DNA of 64,000 nt from Octopus sinensis (GCF_006345805.1 NC_042999.1:87420001-87484000), one strand, 5' to 3'. Shown: positions 25,896-40,533, counted from the first letter of the stretch. The notes: generated by a model from the sequence alone, not told the origin. Made by a program: numbers and translations.

Positions 25896-28800
25896 AGAAG
25901 CTACATAATATCAAGATCCTCCTGGTTAGAATCTTAATTCTGTCGGTTACACCTCCATATGTATTGTTTTAGAAAAATAAATTTCTACAGATTTGGCCTT
26001 TATTATCGTCTTTCACCGAAGCATTTCTTTTATCTCTCTTTTAGCAATTTCCGTTATCTCCTTAATATTTCTATCGCGTTGTACTTTCTATGTTTTGAAG
26101 AAAAACCTTGCCATAATAAACTTGTATCTTCATTTCTTAAACCTAAATACATAAGAAACATCTGTCTTTTCTCATCCCATCAGATTCATTGTTTTCCATT
26201 TCAAGATTATGTACTTTGCACAGTTTTACATTCTTCTTTCTTAGAGTTGTATCTATCTGGATTTACCTTATCTATCTTTTTCCTGCAACCATTAACCAGC
26301 AACGAACCCTATTAAGCATATAAATGACATCTGTTTTTTCCCTATCCCGACGGTTTAATGTACTCTTCACTACAGATGAACCTACAAAAGCAGCATGATT
26401 AGCGCGTGCATATGTGTGAGTGTGTGTGTGTATATGTTGCGAGTGTGTGAGGTAGCGCGTGCGTCTGTGTTGAACTCATTTCAACTGTTTGGAAACGTTT
26501 TGAACACATCGTGTCGCTGAGTTTAGTAGTAAAAATACTGTAGCCAATATCTCCGTGTTTTATATCAATGATTGGTATTGGTGAAACTAATAAGAAAACC
26601 TATCACTGCATAACCAGAGTAAAGAAACTTATGAAGCAAACAAGCAAAACAGGGAAAAATGGAAACGAAGCCAGTCATTAATCTGAAAGTAGCTTTTCTA
26701 ATAACTTTAGAGTTGTAACTACGCAGTAATAGGATCACAGTTGTGTTGAAGTGGTGCATTTAGTGTGTAATCAACCATGAAAGCCATCAATATCACTTAA
26801 AAGATTTCCTGCAGTTACTGAAAGCATCAGCTTTCTAGAAGCTGAAGAATACAAGTATAGCTTTAAATCAATGTGTTTTGAAAGTGATTTATCAACTCAT
26901 TGACCTTTAACATTCGATAGGATTTTGACTAAGGAAAGCAATATGATTTATTAAATAACTTTTCTTGTCAGCTCTGTAGTAATATTTTTGTTAAGCCTTT
27001 TAATGGAAACTCTTCTTGCTAATCTGTTATAAGAAATATATGAAGAAATCCTCTTGTCATTGAATCAAAGATTCGATTGAAATCGTTGTATATTATCATC
27101 ACAGAGAAGATATGTTGTAGCTTTGATCGAAACTTCTCTGATATTTCAACATATATCTTCAAACTCTTTGTCTGTTGTTGTTCCTAATATTTATTATTCG
27201 TTGCTACAGTGATGGGACTCGCTCTAAATTCCTTAAGAAACAGATACATGGAATTAGGTGTAAGATAAGTCAGTGAAGAATATTTTAAAACAGTGAAGTT
27301 TAGTTACTGATAATGGTATACAAAGGGACTATGAACATTCGAGTGTTCAAGTTTAGAAAGAAGATACAAAAAGAAGGAACCATTTTTCATTTACGAAAGA
27401 TCATATTCTAAAGAACACGAAAAATATTTGGGTTGGCATGAAATAGCAAAGGCTAGTTCACAGAATTGGCTGTTTAGAATAATTGTGTTGAAAGTAGTTA
27501 AAATATATTAGTTTTTGAGAATCAGGCGGTTATCAACATGGATTTGTTACTCATTAATAAATAAGCAAGGGAACTCTAAATTCAAAGAATATATATTCCT
27601 CTCTTAGACAGGTGTATAATCTAAGACTTCGTGATAATCATCGTTTAACTATGCGCTTTTCTCCTATCTCTTATCCCTGTAACTACATTCATATTGCTCC
27701 ACTTTTATCTCTGGAAGTATCAATTTCATTTGTCACTGAAAGTAACTAGAAGCAGGTGTAATTACTGAGATAGAAAAGACTTATAAGATCAAATATAATA
27801 ACAGGGGCTTCAGTTCAATAAGAAACGAAACAATGTATATTTGGAAGCACATGAAACGTATTATTTGGACGGACTCATCGTTTGATAAGCTTTGATAAAC
27901 TGAAGCAATAGATGTTGGGATTGGTTCTTTGAGAATATCCTTCGCTAATGTCTTTATTTAATTGTTATTCGTTGAAAGCCCCAGTTAAAAGTAAAACCTC
28001 TTATATACTTAATTCAACAAAATGAGAAGTTTTAAAAGACGATAACATTAATGATGCTTTAGCTGTTTCAATGCAGCGCTGTTACTTACTAAACTTCAGT
28101 GTTTCAAAATATCATTACCGATTTATCACACATGAAATTTGTCAAATATCTGTTTACCGTAATATATGAAATACTACATATATTTTTGTTGCAACTTAGA
28201 CCCTCCTTAAAAAAAAAATACAAAAAAAAAGAAAAAAATACAAACAAAAAATGAAAACAAAAGGAAACAAAATAAAAAAAAAACAAAACAAAATCCTTAC
28301 AGAGATGAATGCAAAAGACAGCTTGTTATAGGCTTTTCTTTGGGGATCGTATTTACGAATTACAGTTTACTAACTAATTGGATGAACATTACATTTCTCA
28401 CTTTCTCTTGTAATACTAACGGTTTCATTATTAATTTTATAATATGAAGACAGTTCATCATTATTGCATGCTTTCCCATTGATATTACTATAGAAAGCTG
28501 CTTGAGTTGAATCATAAAGTTAATTGTTCCGAAAAACTAACGATCATCTGAAAGCGACTTGGCCGGTTTATTTTCTTACATTTAAAAAAAGAAAATAATT
28601 ATGCCGAATACAGATTAATAAATATCCGCAATTTCGACTTATTTTCTGACAAAAGAAACTCAATTTACTCACATCTTTGATAATCGAAATACAAAAATTG
28701 TTTGATAACCGAAGCGTAATGATTCTTCTGTCAATTAAAGCATGCCGACCCTCTTTTAAATTTATACTCTAACTTGTTATTGATTGCATCCAAAGTTAGA

Positions 28801-29017
28801 TCAATTCTAGTTTGAATGTTACAAACATCCATTCTATGCCTTCTTATTGATCCAATCAATCTGTGAGATTAGAGGCATAGTTTCTATTTCCGTTAACACA
28901 AACAGGAAGACAACGTACGTTGCTTTAACAATTTAAGTTCCACTGATATCAAGACCACTATATAACTATCACTACCACACTCTGTTTGTCTGTCTTTCTG
29001 TCTGTCTGTCTGTCTGC

Positions 29018-29144
<127 letters not shown>

Positions 29145-29302
29145 ACTCTCTCTCTCACTCACTCGCCACCCCCCTCTCTCTCTATCTATCTATCTATAAT
29201 CGTATCTAGTCATAGATAGAAAGATTGAGGGATACATAAACAGAAGGAAAGACAGAAACGTGTACACAGAGAGAGATACACATACATTCACATAGATACG
29301 TA

Positions 29303-29500
29303 CTGGCCGAATAGTTGATAAGTTTGTTTCGCAATTATGAGGCTCTGGTGGCGTGGCAAATTGAGCAAGAGTCTTTAACCTCGCGTTGAGTCGACCCAAG
29401 TCTGTGTGGAAGTTCATTGGATGGATTGTACATGTTATCAAAGGGACAGCCTTGTTACATGTTAACGCATTGATTCGCTTTCGAATTACATTAAGGAACA
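29303..29500 (+). mobile_element. Old SINE: A-like head plus body X
   Basis: tggccgaatagtt..gtggcaaattgagcaagagtc..gagtcgacc, then tcaaagggacagccttgttaca..gaattacattaagg. Confidence 0.5.
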
Positions 29501-29626
29501 TTCAACCACATACAAGTTAAATTCAATCTGAAGGCCGTTTTCTTTAATTCAGCAATGGAAAGAACCATCAACCAAACCGATAGAGATCCATTTCCATACA
29601 TGCGCGAGAGTGTGAATCATGTGTGT

Positions 29627-29657
<31 letters not shown>

Positions 29658-30029
29658 CGTGCGTGCGTGTGTATGTGTGTGATAGTGCGTGTATACTTAC
29701 ATACATGCGTACATACAAAGATACGCATATACACACATAGTTCAGCTCATAAAATTTCGTTGTTTAGAGAGTCGTATGTCTAGAGGCTCTTTAACGAATC
29801 CTCAGATTAATCATCAGCCGTGACTCTAGTACGACTTTTCCCAGTCGAATCCATTGCTGCTGTAGCAATTTATTTACAATTTCGCATTCTGGTACATGAT
29901 GATTTAAAAAAACTTGTTTACTATTTACATCTATAAACATGTACGCACATACATGTACCTGCATATACACATGCATATACGCACATACAATCACGCTTAT
30001 GTATGTGTACTCGTACAATCAAACACATA

Positions 30030-30510
30030 CAGTGATCCCTCGCTACTTTGCGGTTCAACTATCGCGGATTCATGACTTCGCGGATTTTTAATATATATAT
30101 ATTTTTCATTAAATCCATTAAAATATTAATAATAAATATTATTTCCTAGTCTAGGAACAACAAAACAAGCGTAAAATAGCAAAAGAGCATATACAGGGGT
30201 ATTTAAACTTAAGACGGGCTGTGATTGGTGCAATAAGGATAGACGACAAATCACAGCTTTCTATTTTGTAATCTGGCCTGTGTAACAGTAACAATCTTTT
30301 TTTTTTTAATCTAAAGTGTTATTGCTTAACAGTTGTCCTTGTTATTAATAGACTACAGTAATGGGTGGGTTGTTAACAGTACAGGGAGAGTTTTAAAAGT
30401 CCAAATACACGTTAAATAAATACTGTAAATATGGTGTCCCTACTTCGCGGAAATTCAGTTATTGCGGCCGGTTTTGGAACCAATCTACCGCGATAAACGA
30501 GGGATCACTG
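30030..30510. mobile_element. Tigger/pogo-like MITE (481 bp), TA TSD
   Basis: TA|CAGTGATCCCTCG ... CGAGGGATCACTG|TA: 13-bp perfect TIR followed by looser subterminal (T)CGCGG repeats. Confidence 0.9.
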
Positions 30511-31059
30511 TAAACAATTACGAACACATGAATATAAGCTAGTATTCAATACTATGTGAATTGTCAAGCATATTTACGCTTTCAATATGTTAGTATGTAG
30601 CATATTTCCAGGTGCACATATACATAAATGCATTCATTTTTATAAACATGCGATACATTTACACAAATACATACATTATTACGCACATGTGCACACACAT
30701 ATATGCATATTCATGTATGTATACTGACAGACAGAGTAATACATACGCACACGCAAACACACATACACGAGCACATACATGTGTGTCAATCTAATTCTAA
30801 CATTGTCCAATTTCCACATTTGTTTTAATTTTTTTTTTACATTAATACAAAAATAAAATGTGAAAATCGGATTATGTTGGAATTTGATTGACTAAATATG
30901 TTTATCTATACACTATTTTATAAATCCTGAACTTTGTCACTGTTTGTCTGTCTGTTCTTCTTTCACCCACTTTCTCTCTCTATATATGTGTATAAACATA
31001 TGTATATGAACTTATAGTCATGTGCACGTATATGTAGGCACATGCAGATATACATGAGT

Positions 31060-31115
<56 letters not shown>

Positions 31116-31137
31116 ACATATATATGTATATATATAC

Positions 31138-31177
<40 letters not shown>

Positions 31178-31485
31178 CAGGGGAGAGAGAAGTAGATACA
31201 TATATGTATAAATGTGGAAATACACACACACACACACACACACACATCTATGCTTCAGACAGATTTCGATCAGGTGATCTCTGTAGAAAGAGAGAATTCA
31301 ATAATGCAAAGAGATTAAGAATACTTAGTTTATTATCTTCTTACAACATGGCCAGATGTTACGACTCTCGTCTCATCAAGGAAGACTAATAAAAATGTTT
31401 GCCTGGTTTTCTCCGAGAAGTATATGTGTAAATACACTCACTCGTACATACATACCCAACGTGTGTGTATATACATAATACATAT

Positions 31486-31557
<72 letters not shown>

Positions 31558-32387
31558 CATACACACACGCATACAAAAATATAGTATACGTACATTCATA
31601 ACATACACACACATACATATTCATATACTCGCATGTCTGAATGTACGTGTGTATATTTGTAAATGTGCTAAAAATCAAAACAACGTTAGCATCGAGAATA
31701 CAAAAATATAAAGATACCGTTACAGTATAAATGGATACGAATACGAGATGTTAGCCTCTTTTATACTACATTCCCTTTTGATGACTGCTCCAAATAACTC
31801 TCAACGATATGAATATTTAAGCTGAGCTACAAGCAACACATTAAGTATTTTCCCTACTCAGGAAATGAGATTCCTGTAATTTTATTCGTAGTTTCGCCTT
31901 GTAAATAAATTTTGTACGCACAAACGCGTACACACATAATATAATACATACATGCGTACAAACATGCACACACACACACGCAGACAGACACACATATATT
32001 ATTCTTTAACAAATATAGTTTGACAGTAAGTTCGAAGGTTTTTATTACTAAAATAAGTACTAACTGAACACTTGGGTCGATGCAATCGATTCAGCCCTCC
32101 CGAAATTGCTGGCCTTGTTTCAAAATTTGAAACAATTAAAAGATAATATAAAGACAAACATTAATGCACACACACACACGCAAACATACACGTATTTGCA
32201 GTTATACATACATTTATAAACATACATATATATGTAAAGATAAGTATATATAATGTAGATATGTATATTTATTTATCTATGTCTTTCTCTATATATAATC
32301 TATGTGTATATATACATACACATATATGCACGTATAACTGTATGTATATAAATGCATAAACCTAGGCAAACACATAAATATATATAT

Positions 32388-32445
<58 letters not shown>

Positions 32446-32683
32446 GCACATATATTCTTGAGAAGTTGGCTATTTCAAAACAAAAATCGAAAATTTTTCC
32501 CCCTTCCTACTGAAAATATTCTTGAAAATTTTAAGATGGACAAAACTGAACACTATAATTCATTTAGTTTCTATCTTTTCTGCTACCTCACCCCATGCCG
32601 CACAAGAAATCTGATCTAAATAGTAACCAAAATATTTCTAACAAAAACTCTGTTTTATGGATTAGTATTTTAAATAGTATACA

Positions 32684-33220
32684 AGGCGCGAGCTGGCAGA
32701 ATCGTTAGCACGCCGACCAAAGTGCTTAGCGGCATTTCATCTGTCTTTGTGTTCTGAGTTCAACTTTACCTTTCATCCCACTCAAGGTTGATAAAGTAAG
32801 TACCTATTTATCTCTTGGGTCAGTGTAATTCGACTTAGCCCCTACCTCGAAATTGCTGGCTTTGTTCCAAAATTTGAAATCGATTGCGTGGAACCTTGGG
32901 CAAGTGTCTTCTACTATAGCGTTGGGCCGACCAAAGCCTTGTGAGTGGGTTTGTAAGGCGGAAACTGAAAGAAGCGCCTCGTATATGTATATATATATAT
33001 GTTTGTGCGTTTATGTATGTGTGTCTGCTTGTCCACCCACCCACCATCGCTTGACAAACGATGCTGGTTTGTCCACCGCAACTTAACGGTTCAGCAAAAG
33101 AGGCCGATAGAATAAGTACTAGGCTCACAAAGAATAAGTCCTGGGGTCGATTTCTTCGAGTAAAACACTTTAAAAGGGTGTTGAAGCATGGCCGCAGCCA
33201 AAATGACTGAAACAAATAAA
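32684..33220 (+). mobile_element. SINE family B (32684-32880) directly followed by a 5'-truncated family A (32881-33220)
   Basis: The B tail aaatttgaaatc abuts gattgcgtggaaccttgggcaagtg of family A. Confidence 0.8.
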
Positions 33221-33755
33221 ATAATAGAGAAAGAAATCGGACAGTATTTTAAGGATATCAGTTTAAGTTTCGTTGGACACATCAACAAGATTTTGTAATG
33301 TAATTCGCCTTTGGTTTCGAAACAGCTTGGATGTTTATCAATAGCTATTTAATCATACTTCACTAGCCTTCGGTGTTGACAAACCTATTTTACAAGGTTG
33401 AAGCATAGGAAAAGAAGACTTGCAGCTGAAAACTTTGTTGCTTGTATATATCATGTAAAATCCATATTAGTATAAAGGGCTTGCACAGATGGTGAATTTA
33501 TGGGATTGTAGGGACTGAATTAGTTGTAAATATTTATTAAACGGATTGCTTCAGTGTTTTGTGCATAAACGTTTTCTCTTTTTATATTTTAATACACACG
33601 CCAAAATGTGCACAAATATACACATATTTATATACGTACAAAGACCTGTATTTATGCCTGTGTATGTTTACCACGTACTGTTTATCAATGTCTATATGTA
33701 AACATCTTTACTCAAAAACGTACACATACATATACATATAAACATACATACACAC

Positions 33756-33797
<42 letters not shown>

Positions 33798-33835
33798 CCT
33801 TATCTATCAGTCTGTTTACACACACACACGCATAC

Positions 33836-33909
<74 letters not shown>

Positions 33910-33915
33910 CTGTCT

Positions 33916-33950
<35 letters not shown>

Positions 33951-34699
33951 CACACAAAACACACATGTATGTTCATACACCTCCATACAACTATCTATCT
34001 TTCTATCTTTCTATAATGTATTTGTGCTCTTGTACAGATGCGTATGGGGCCAATAAACAAACAAAACAAAACGTATGTATGTGCAAATTAAAAGTGATAA
34101 TATCTCTTAGAAGGTGACAAGAGCGCTTGCTACTTCCACGGTTTCTCTAAGGAGTAAGCTATGTTTCAAGTTATGGTTCAATGACATACACGGCTGCTTT
34201 GAGCCTGAAGATAACTACTTAAGCACTGATCTGCCAATACTTCAGTAAACAGTGTTAAAATACTTTCAGAATGCATTCAACGAATGTTGCTTTTGAGTCT
34301 GTTATCAGTCTTGATAGAAATGTAACAGTTAGTATATCACATAAAGGATTTTATCGAAGCGATAAAAGTTTTCATGGAAAACAATTTAACTGGAAAATAT
34401 CGGCAAAAAATGCTTCAACTGTTGATAAAATCACCTTTAGCTGTTTTCGTATCATTACTGTGTGAGTAAATGTATAAACACGTGTTTGTGAGTGTGTGTG
34501 TAGGTATATAAATATATGTACGTGTGTATGTGTATATGTTGATACGTATCTATATCAATAAATATATATAATATATAGGTCTATATTCACTCTCAGACTC
34601 CAACGCATTATACATACATGCATACATACGTGTATATATATATTGAACGCTTATCTCGTGATTCGAACACACTTCATCAACGTTTTAACACGCGCGCGT

Positions 34700-34739
<40 letters not shown>

Positions 34740-34790
34740 GTATATATATATATGTGTGTATAAACATACATGTGCTTATATTGTATGTAT

Positions 34791-34962
34791 AGGCGCAGCA
34801 GTGGCTGTGTGGTAAGTAGCTTGCTTACCAACCACATGGCTCCGGGTTCATTCCCACTGCGTGGCACCTTGGGCAAGTGTCTTCTACTCTAGCCTCGGGT
34901 CGACCAAAGCCTTGTGAGGGGATTTGGTAGACGGAAACTGAAAGAACCCTGTCGTATATATG

Positions 34963-34994
<32 letters not shown>

Positions 34995-35255
34995 TGTATG
35001 TATGTATGTATGTATGTATGTATGTGTGTGTGTGTGTGTGTATATGTTTGTGTGTCTGTGTTTGTACCCTCAACATCGCTTGACAACCGATGCTGGTGTG
35101 TTTATGTCCCCGTAACTTAGCGGTTCGGCAAAAGAGACCGATAGAATAAGTACTAGGCTTACAAAGAATAAGTCTTGGGGTCGATTTGCTCGACTAAAGG
35201 CGGTGCTCCAGCATGACCGCAGTCAAAGACTGAAACACGTAAAATAGTAAAAAAG
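34791..35255 (+). mobile_element. Full-length SINE family A (reference copy)
   Basis: AGGCGCAGCAGTGGCTGTGTGGTAAG, B-box-like GGGTTCATTCC, ACCTTGGGCAAGT (resembles the start of the CORE domain), internal (TATG)n/(TG)n, and 3' GGCGGTGCTCCAGCATG..GTCAAA. Confidence 0.9.
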
Positions 35256-35272
35256 TATGTTATTTCTGCTGC

Positions 35273-35306
<34 letters not shown>

Positions 35307-35780
35307 TAATAATAATAATAATAATAATAATCATATATTTGTATAAATACTCATAGTACACCTTATACTTTATATATATATTTGAAAAGTGCGAACTTAT
35401 ATATATATATATATGACCATATTCCTATGTATGTATGTATATATATATATAATATAAATTAATAAATAGATAAAACATATGCATATATACATACATATAT
35501 GTACGTACCTACCTCTACATGTATATATACATGCATATATTGGTACAGGACACCCCCCCCAAAAAAACGTCGAACACAATGAGAAACGAAAACATAAACA
35601 CAAAACCAAGGAAATGGACATTTTTCTTAAACAACGAATATATATATCTGTAAATTAATATGTTGCCATTATTCAATAGCGAAGATAAAACTCTGAGTTT
35701 CGGATGCCGAAGTGGAAATCCACAACACCATCTCTTCGGTTATCTGGCCATCTATTTTCCTCTATTTACATAATATTGAG

Positions 35781-35990
35781 GTCTCTTTCTTTTGTTATCT
35801 TACCGTTTTTTTCCCTCTGTCCTCCCACCTCGGGATCTTTCTTTCTCCTATGTTTCCGACGAAGAGCTCCGCTCGAAACGTCATACCCTCGTTCTTCCCT
35901 TCTTTCCTGAGCGCCCAATAATACTTTATTTGTTCCACATCCTCGCGTTGTTGTCTTTTTGTTTTCTTGTTTCGATTAACTTTATATATA
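35781..35990 (+). mobile_element. Terminal fragment of a putative Penelope-like element, family F
   Basis: Homologous to 40545-40725(-) and 40749-40856(+); contains a hammerhead-like motif and ends in (TA)n. The PLE assignment is inferred from the motif style. Confidence 0.6.
35852..35886 (+). ncRNA. Minimal type-I hammerhead-like motif (CCGACGA core)
   Basis: GTTT-CCGACGA-A-GAGC(TCC)GCTC-GAAAC-GTC^ATAC. Confidence 0.55.
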
Positions 35991-36399
35991 TATATATATA
36001 TATATCTATATATATATTTACCAATTTCTCCGAGATTATTACCAATCAAACATTGTAATGACTGATAAGCAGACATATGGAAAGAAGATTGTGTGGTGAT
36101 ATGGACAAACCGGTTTTAATTAATTAATTGTCATAAGTTAGAATAAACACCTCGGAAATCGTCTGACAGCCTGACTACAACAATTTGTTTCATACGATTT
36201 GACCTCTATGGTTACAGGAATCACAGCAGATATCGAAAACACTAGCTGTCCTAGTTGTTCCTATCGAATGGCTTATAGGTGTTGGTTAATCACCTCTATT
36301 TTTGTAGCTGAAAGCACAATCATTAAGTCTGATGCTGTAAATCTTTGTAAAGAAAGATTCCAAAGGGACGGCTCCTTTGGCTCTCACTTCCACTGTCTT

Positions 36400-36600
36400 T
36401 CTATCGTTTGTAATTTACATATTACTCATGTCAAACATTGGACTATGGCCATGCTGGGGTACCTTCTGGAAGGTTTTTTGGTCTAACGCATCGACACCAG
36501 TTCTTATTTTTTAAAGCTTGGTGCTTATTCTATCGGATTCTTATGCCGAACTGCTATATTATGGGTATATATACAAACAGACTGACATCGGTTATCAAGC
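36400..36600 (-). mobile_element. Family A-like SINE 3' half (variant)
   Basis: ggccatgctggggtacc..tcgacaccagttcttattttt..ggtgcttattctatcgg..gccgaactgcta. Confidence 0.65.
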
Positions 36601-38087
36601 AGTGGTATGCGACACTCAAAGTAACGAAATTATATTAAAGTATAAACAGGTGAAATTGAAAACAAATTTAAACAAAACACCAAATCTCGAAATTCTTATG
36701 GTAAAAATAAAATAAAAAAACTTGATATTTTCATGAGTTCTTTTGTTTTTACATTTGCGTTGCGTTGGTGATTCTCGGTCTAAGAACACAGATATCGTAT
36801 TGTGACGTAATCTGACTATTACGTTAAACACGCAGTTCGTTTGAAATTCTGAAATTGGCTAAATAGTAAAATTTTAACAGAAATAGTCTAGTGATACAGT
36901 CCAAATATTTTCATTTTATTATTGTTTTGAAAATTTCTGTCTTCGTAATTCTTATTCATAGTAAAACCAACTGCATCAATGTATATAATGGCATTAAAAG
37001 GAAACTATAGTAACAAGAAGATACTTGAGATGGCTTATATTAAACAAGAATCTGTTGAGCTGTGAGTGAAATTATCGAATATTTCCAACAGTCCTTTATT
37101 GGAGTCTGCGACAATGGAAGACTTTCCATCACTACTTGATATAAAAAGAAAAAAACAAAAAACAAAACAAGACTTGACTACTTCAGAGACGTTCGTATAC
37201 TTTCTTTCATTGCCTTTATTGTTTATGATTTGCATTATTTTGTACATACCTTTAGGTGGACTTCGCCTTTCATTCTTCCGGAGTTAATAAAATGACTACT
37301 AGTTACTAAGGCTTGACATAGAGCCAAATACATACCCTTCTCTAATCATTTACGAACTTATGTCAGTACAAAACATGATTATTTTATTGCAAAAGGCAAA
37401 AATAACTTTTCTATTTCTTTGTTGGCAAGCGATAGCTAGCCCCCTGTCTTACGGCTTCTTGCCTGCATCTGTAATTGGCGGTCTGGGGGAGGTATACATA
37501 CATATATAATATATATATATATATAGATATATATATATATATATATATATAGATATATATATATATATATATATATATTTTCTCTTCAGCGTATAATATC
37601 GATGTTAGTGGAGCAAAAGATGAACTGAGGTGGTTAGGTACTTGTAGGTGAGTGCCTCACTTCTGGTGTACTAAACGGTATGTTTTGACGTATTTCGTTT
37701 ATAATGGACAAATTTGATGGCTCTGCGATATTTTTGGTGAATCTGCCAATAAAACTTTCTTAAGCAAAGGCGTTTGGCAAACAAACCTTAATCAACTGCT
37801 GACGGTGTGACGAATGAATGTGTATACGATATGATATTGAATACTCATGTGATAAAAGTATATATTAAAGAGTGAGTACATGTGTACCGACTGTTGCATT
37901 TAAAGTTTTTCCCTCAAGGAGTAAACTTAATTTTCGTATGATATGATTAGGACATCTCAATCTGACAAGCAGAATCGTTTTCCATACTAAAATATTCTCT
38001 CAAAGAAGTCTAAGTCGTTAGTTAGGGTGGGATGGGGGTACAATGAGCAATATTTACAGCACTTTTGACTTTCAGAAAAAACAATTT

Positions 38088-38234
38088 TTGGCGTAGCTGT
38101 GTGGTAAGAAGCTTGCTTCCCATCCACATAGTTCTGGGTTCAGTCCCACTTCGTGGCGCCTTCGGCAAGTGTTTTCTACTATAGCCTCGGGCCGACCAAA
38201 GCCTTGTGAGTGGATTTAATAGACGGACACTGTC

Positions 38235-38293
<59 letters not shown>

Positions 38294-38500
38294 CTGTGTG
38301 TGTGTATGTGTTTCAGTCTGTGTTTGTTCTTTCCTGCTTGCTCAGCGGTATTGGTGTGCTTACATTCTCGTAATCTAACGGTTCGGCAAAAGAACAGACA
38401 GAATAAGTACCATGTTCAAAAATAAGTACTGGGGTCAATTCATTTGGCTAAACATTCAAGGCGGTGCCCCAGCATGGCCTGAAACAAGTAAAAGATAAAC
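38088..38500 (+). mobile_element. SINE family A, near full length
   Basis: ggcgtagctgtgtggtaagaagcttgc..(TA)n..gcggtgccccagcatggcc. Confidence 0.85.
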
Positions 38501-38729
38501 GATAAATGTTCACTATTTTGTAAAAACTATACAGTTTTCATTCCGTTTATTTCAGCTCTCACTATTTTCCTTGGGTGCTCGTTAACAATTTATTTTGGGG
38601 TTGGACATTAATACTGCGATCGGAACAACACAGTAGTACAACAATAAAATACTAATCCCAGATAATTCAGCTTTCAGTCGAATTCAGCAAGCTCAACTAG
38701 GCAAAAGTAAAGAATACGTACACTCGGTG

Positions 38730-38772
38730 TTTAGGGTTTAGGGTTAGGGTTTAGGGTTAGGATTAGGGTTAG
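38730..38772 (+). repeat. Interstitial telomere-like (TTAGGG/TTTAGGG)n, about 7 units
   Basis: tttagggtttagggttagggtttagggttaggattagggttag. Confidence 0.85.
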
Positions 38773-38970
38773 AGTTTTTGTTACTCCGAAAATGGTGGTG
38801 TACATATTCTTTACCTCCGCCACTCAGCTGTGCCTCTCCTATGAAACAAATGTGTCCATAATATAGTCCATAATAGTCTGAAAGGAAACAATTTCAACTC
38901 AGCTTCCGTGCAATTCTCTCATTACCTTGAGAATCTCTCGTTACTACTTCAGCAAGTGTGGTGAAGTCTG

Positions 38971-39011
38971 TTTCATTGAAGAGGTTTAATAAAACCGAAA
39001 CATGTCAGGAA
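38971..39011 (+). ncRNA. Degenerate minimal hammerhead-like motif
   Basis: TTTCA-TTGAAGA-GGTTT(AATA)AAACC-GAAAC-AT-GTC^AGGAA: perfect helix II and palindromic ACATGT helix III; C3 is replaced by T. Confidence 0.5.
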
Positions 39012-39644
39012 TTGTTGAAATAATTCAAATAATATTCGTTATTAATTAATATTGTCTTTTTCCTCACAATAGATTATTTCTAATTTTTTTTAATATTCCT
39101 CATTAAATATGCTAATGTTGAAAATTAAAATTTTATTCAGTTTACTTTGTGACTATTAAATTCCAATTTTAATTTGGAACTCTTCCTAGCTATAATTTTC
39201 ATTAAATTTTCACACTGTGTTTGCTTTTTATGTAAGCAATTATTGCTTAATGAAAGCACTTTCCAGTTTCTCTTGTTAAACCACTGGCCGTTAAACTATT
39301 AAATTCTACTTATGGTATAGAGTTGGCTGATATGTATTCGATATAGCTTTCAAAGAGAAAAGTGATGTCTCTCATAATAATCTACTAATGTAACATCGTC
39401 TATGTCACATGAGGCCTCGTCTACGTGTTCTCGACCTTCTAGAAATAGAAGGTAAATCTCCTTCGAATGACGCCCTCACTTTAAAAAAAACTGCAAACCA
39501 CATTCGATCATGTGGTTTGGGGTACATTATTCCTAGAAACCAAAAGAATAGTCGCGGTTGGAACTGATCATAGAGCTGTTTGATTAGGGCTGCCCAGGGC
39601 CACGCAAAAGCTACATCACTCATGACCACCACCAGTGTTATTAT

Positions 39645-39950
39645 TATGGGTCGACTTTGACTTTTATTCCTCCAGCTTCGATAAAATAAGTACCAGCTAA
39701 ATGCTGGAGCCGATGTAATCGACTTCCCCTTCCTATTAAAAACTACTGGCCCTGTACCAAAATTTGGAACCATTAAGGCAGTGAACTGGCAGAATCGTTA
39801 CAGCGCCGGACAAAATGCTTAACGGTACTTCTCCCGACTTTACCTTCTGAATTCAAAGTGCGCCAGGGTCAACTTTGCCATTCGTCTTGTCGGGTTCGAT
39901 AAAATATGTACTAGTTGAGTATACTGGGTCGATGTAATCGACTCACTCGA
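39645..39950 (+). mobile_element. Two tandem SINE family B pieces
   Basis: 3' part at 39645-39775, then a new head ggcagtgaactggcagaatcgtta at about 39777. Confidence 0.8.
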
Positions 39951-39984
39951 TTCAGACCAGAGGGTTACTACAATGTTACTATAC

Positions 39985-40015
39985 ATTGTTGTTATTGTTA
40001 TTGATGTTGTTGTTG

Positions 40016-40082
<67 letters not shown>

Positions 40083-40097
40083 GTTATTGTTATTATT
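39985..40097. repeat. (GTT)n/(ATT)n microsatellite
   Basis: Read directly. Confidence 0.95.
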
Positions 40098-40361
40098 GAG
40101 TGAGAGAGCAGTGCATGCCATCAAAGTGACACTGGGGTAAAATATACGGAGCTCAGTATACCCATCATGACTACCCGTCTGATAAGGGTTCACTTGGTAC
40201 AGGCATCAGAACCATATGTGCACGAAATGGTGATCTCATCATGATAAACAACGCATGACCTTGCAGGTGGGGCCCAGTTGGATTTTCTTAAGGTCGAGTA
40301 TCCCATCCCGTTCAAATGGTCCTTGAATAAGGGTTGTTTAAGGATGCTTAACGAAACACCC

Positions 40362-40500
40362 ATGTTTCTTTCTGTGTTCCTTTTTCTGTGGAAGAGCGTA
40401 GGCTCGAAACGTCAAGGAATTTTTCACTTCCCGAGCGTTAAACTAATACATCTGTTTGCTGTCTACACCGCCTGTCTTCGTCTTTTTTTAGTGAATTCTC
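40362..40500 (+). mobile_element. Terminal fragment of a putative PLE, family G, with a hammerhead-like motif at 40382-40417
   Basis: CTGTGGA-A-GAGC(GTAG)GCTC-GAAAC-GTC. The downstream cttcccgagcgttaaactaatac..tgtcttcgtctttt recurs at 54538-54630. Confidence 0.55.
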
Positions 40501-40502
40501 CC

Positions 40503-40533
<31 letters not shown>

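Noticed and set aside
27820-27900. KRIIWTDSSF, resembling the first catalytic Asp motif of Tc1
   Set aside because: A single short motif with no TIRs or further DDE motifs recognised.
38730-38772. Telomeric repeats as a chromosome end or fusion site
   Set aside because: Only about 7 imperfect units with ordinary sequence on both sides and no head-to-head array.
40098-40360. GC-richer segment following (ATT)n, possibly a retroelement end
   Set aside because: Single copy in the window and no coding or structural signature I can verify.
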